This document shows, in pieces, positions 63,426-64,000 of a DNA stretch of 64,000 bases. Every line of letters begins with the position of its first letter. Position 1 is the stretch's first letter. Under the pieces are notes generated by a model. It searched no databases and was not told where the DNA came from. It saw only the letters and a list, made by a program, of their open reading frames with translations. The position numbers and the translations under genes were made by a program. This stretch comes from an uncultured Bacilli bacterium (lineage in GTDB: Bacteria > Bacillota_I > Bacilli_A > RF39 > UBA660), in assembly GCA_947632065.1 (NCBI GenBank), contig CANRNO010000002.1:234-64233 (forward strand), given 5' to 3'.

Positions 63426-64000
63426 ATGAATACTGAATTAGATAATTTTCATTTTAAAGAAAATGATACCATTGTCTTAGGATGTTCTTCAGGACCAGAT
63501 TCAATGGCACTTTTTCATATGCTTCTAAAGCTTAGAGAAAAATATAAATTAAATTTAATTTGTGCACATGTTAATCATAATATGAGAAAACAAAGTGCAG
63601 AAGAATATGCATTTTTAGAAAAATATTGTGATACACATAATGTAGCGTTTGAAGGAATGATTATCAAAGAATATGGTGATGATAATTTCCATAATGAAGC
63701 AAGAAATATCAGATATCATTTCTTTGAAGATATAGTATTAAAATATGATGCAAAATATTTAATAACTGCCCATCATGGAGATGATTTAGTAGAAACAATA
63801 TTAATGAGAATTTCTAGAGGATCAAACCTACAAGGATATAGTGGCTTTCACGAAATAGTTGATATGGATAGTTATAAAATTATAAGACCACTTATAAACT
63901 TTACTAAAGAAGAAATTTTAGAATACGATAAAAAAAATAAAGTACCTTATTATATAGATGAATCTAATAATCAAGATAAATATACAAGAAACCGTTATAG
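63426..64000 (+). CDS. tilS: tRNA(Ile)-lysidine synthetase, 5' partial (runs off the window)
   Basis: PP-loop LGCSSGPDS, followed by AHVNH..R. Confidence 0.85.
   Translation, partial: MNTELDNFHFKENDTIVLGCSSGPDSMALFHMLLKLREKYKLNLICAHVNHNMRKQSAEEYAFLEKYCDTHNVAFEGMIIKEYGDDNFHNEARNIRYHFFEDIVLKYDAKYLITAHHGDDLVETILMRISRGSNLQGYSGFHEIVDMDSYKIIRPLINFTKEEILEYDKKNKVPYYIDESNNQDKYTRNRY

Overview
Very AT-rich Bacillota-type chromosome segment centred on the replication origin. The bipartite oriC flanks dnaA at about 54.4-56.3 kb. Genes left of oriC are almost all on the minus strand and genes right of it on the plus strand, so they run co-directionally with replication. Exceptions are maf and the PBP-lemA-pta block. 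Content is mostly housekeeping plus sporulation genes: dnaA-dnaN-recF-gyrBA, rpmH-rnpA-yidC-jag-mnmEG-rsmG, dnaX-ybaB-recR, mfd-pth, rpsF-ssb-rpsR, rplI-dnaB, parAB-noc, murA-fba and prfA-prmC, with spoIIR, spoVT, spoVG, yabG, yabP/Q and bofA. The organism is therefore an endospore-former with a compacted B. subtilis-like origin region. One intact IS3-family element is the only mobile DNA seen. I saw no CRISPR array, prophage, tRNA, rRNA or recognisable defence island. The main second-look items are: (1) a 104-bp intergenic array of two Noc-binding-site and two parS palindromes next to gyrA; (2) a Noc paralogue with a roughly 280-aa acidic insert and no N-terminal amphipathic helix; (3) a four-gene operon headed by a SipW-type signal peptidase with three unrecognised membrane or secreted proteins, sitting inside conserved synteny; (4) comK embedded in the dnaN-recF cluster; (5) the IS splitting a shared terminator hairpin; (6) gene order consistent with an oriC-spanning inversion. 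All calls rest on reading motifs and remembered family sequences. No searches were run.
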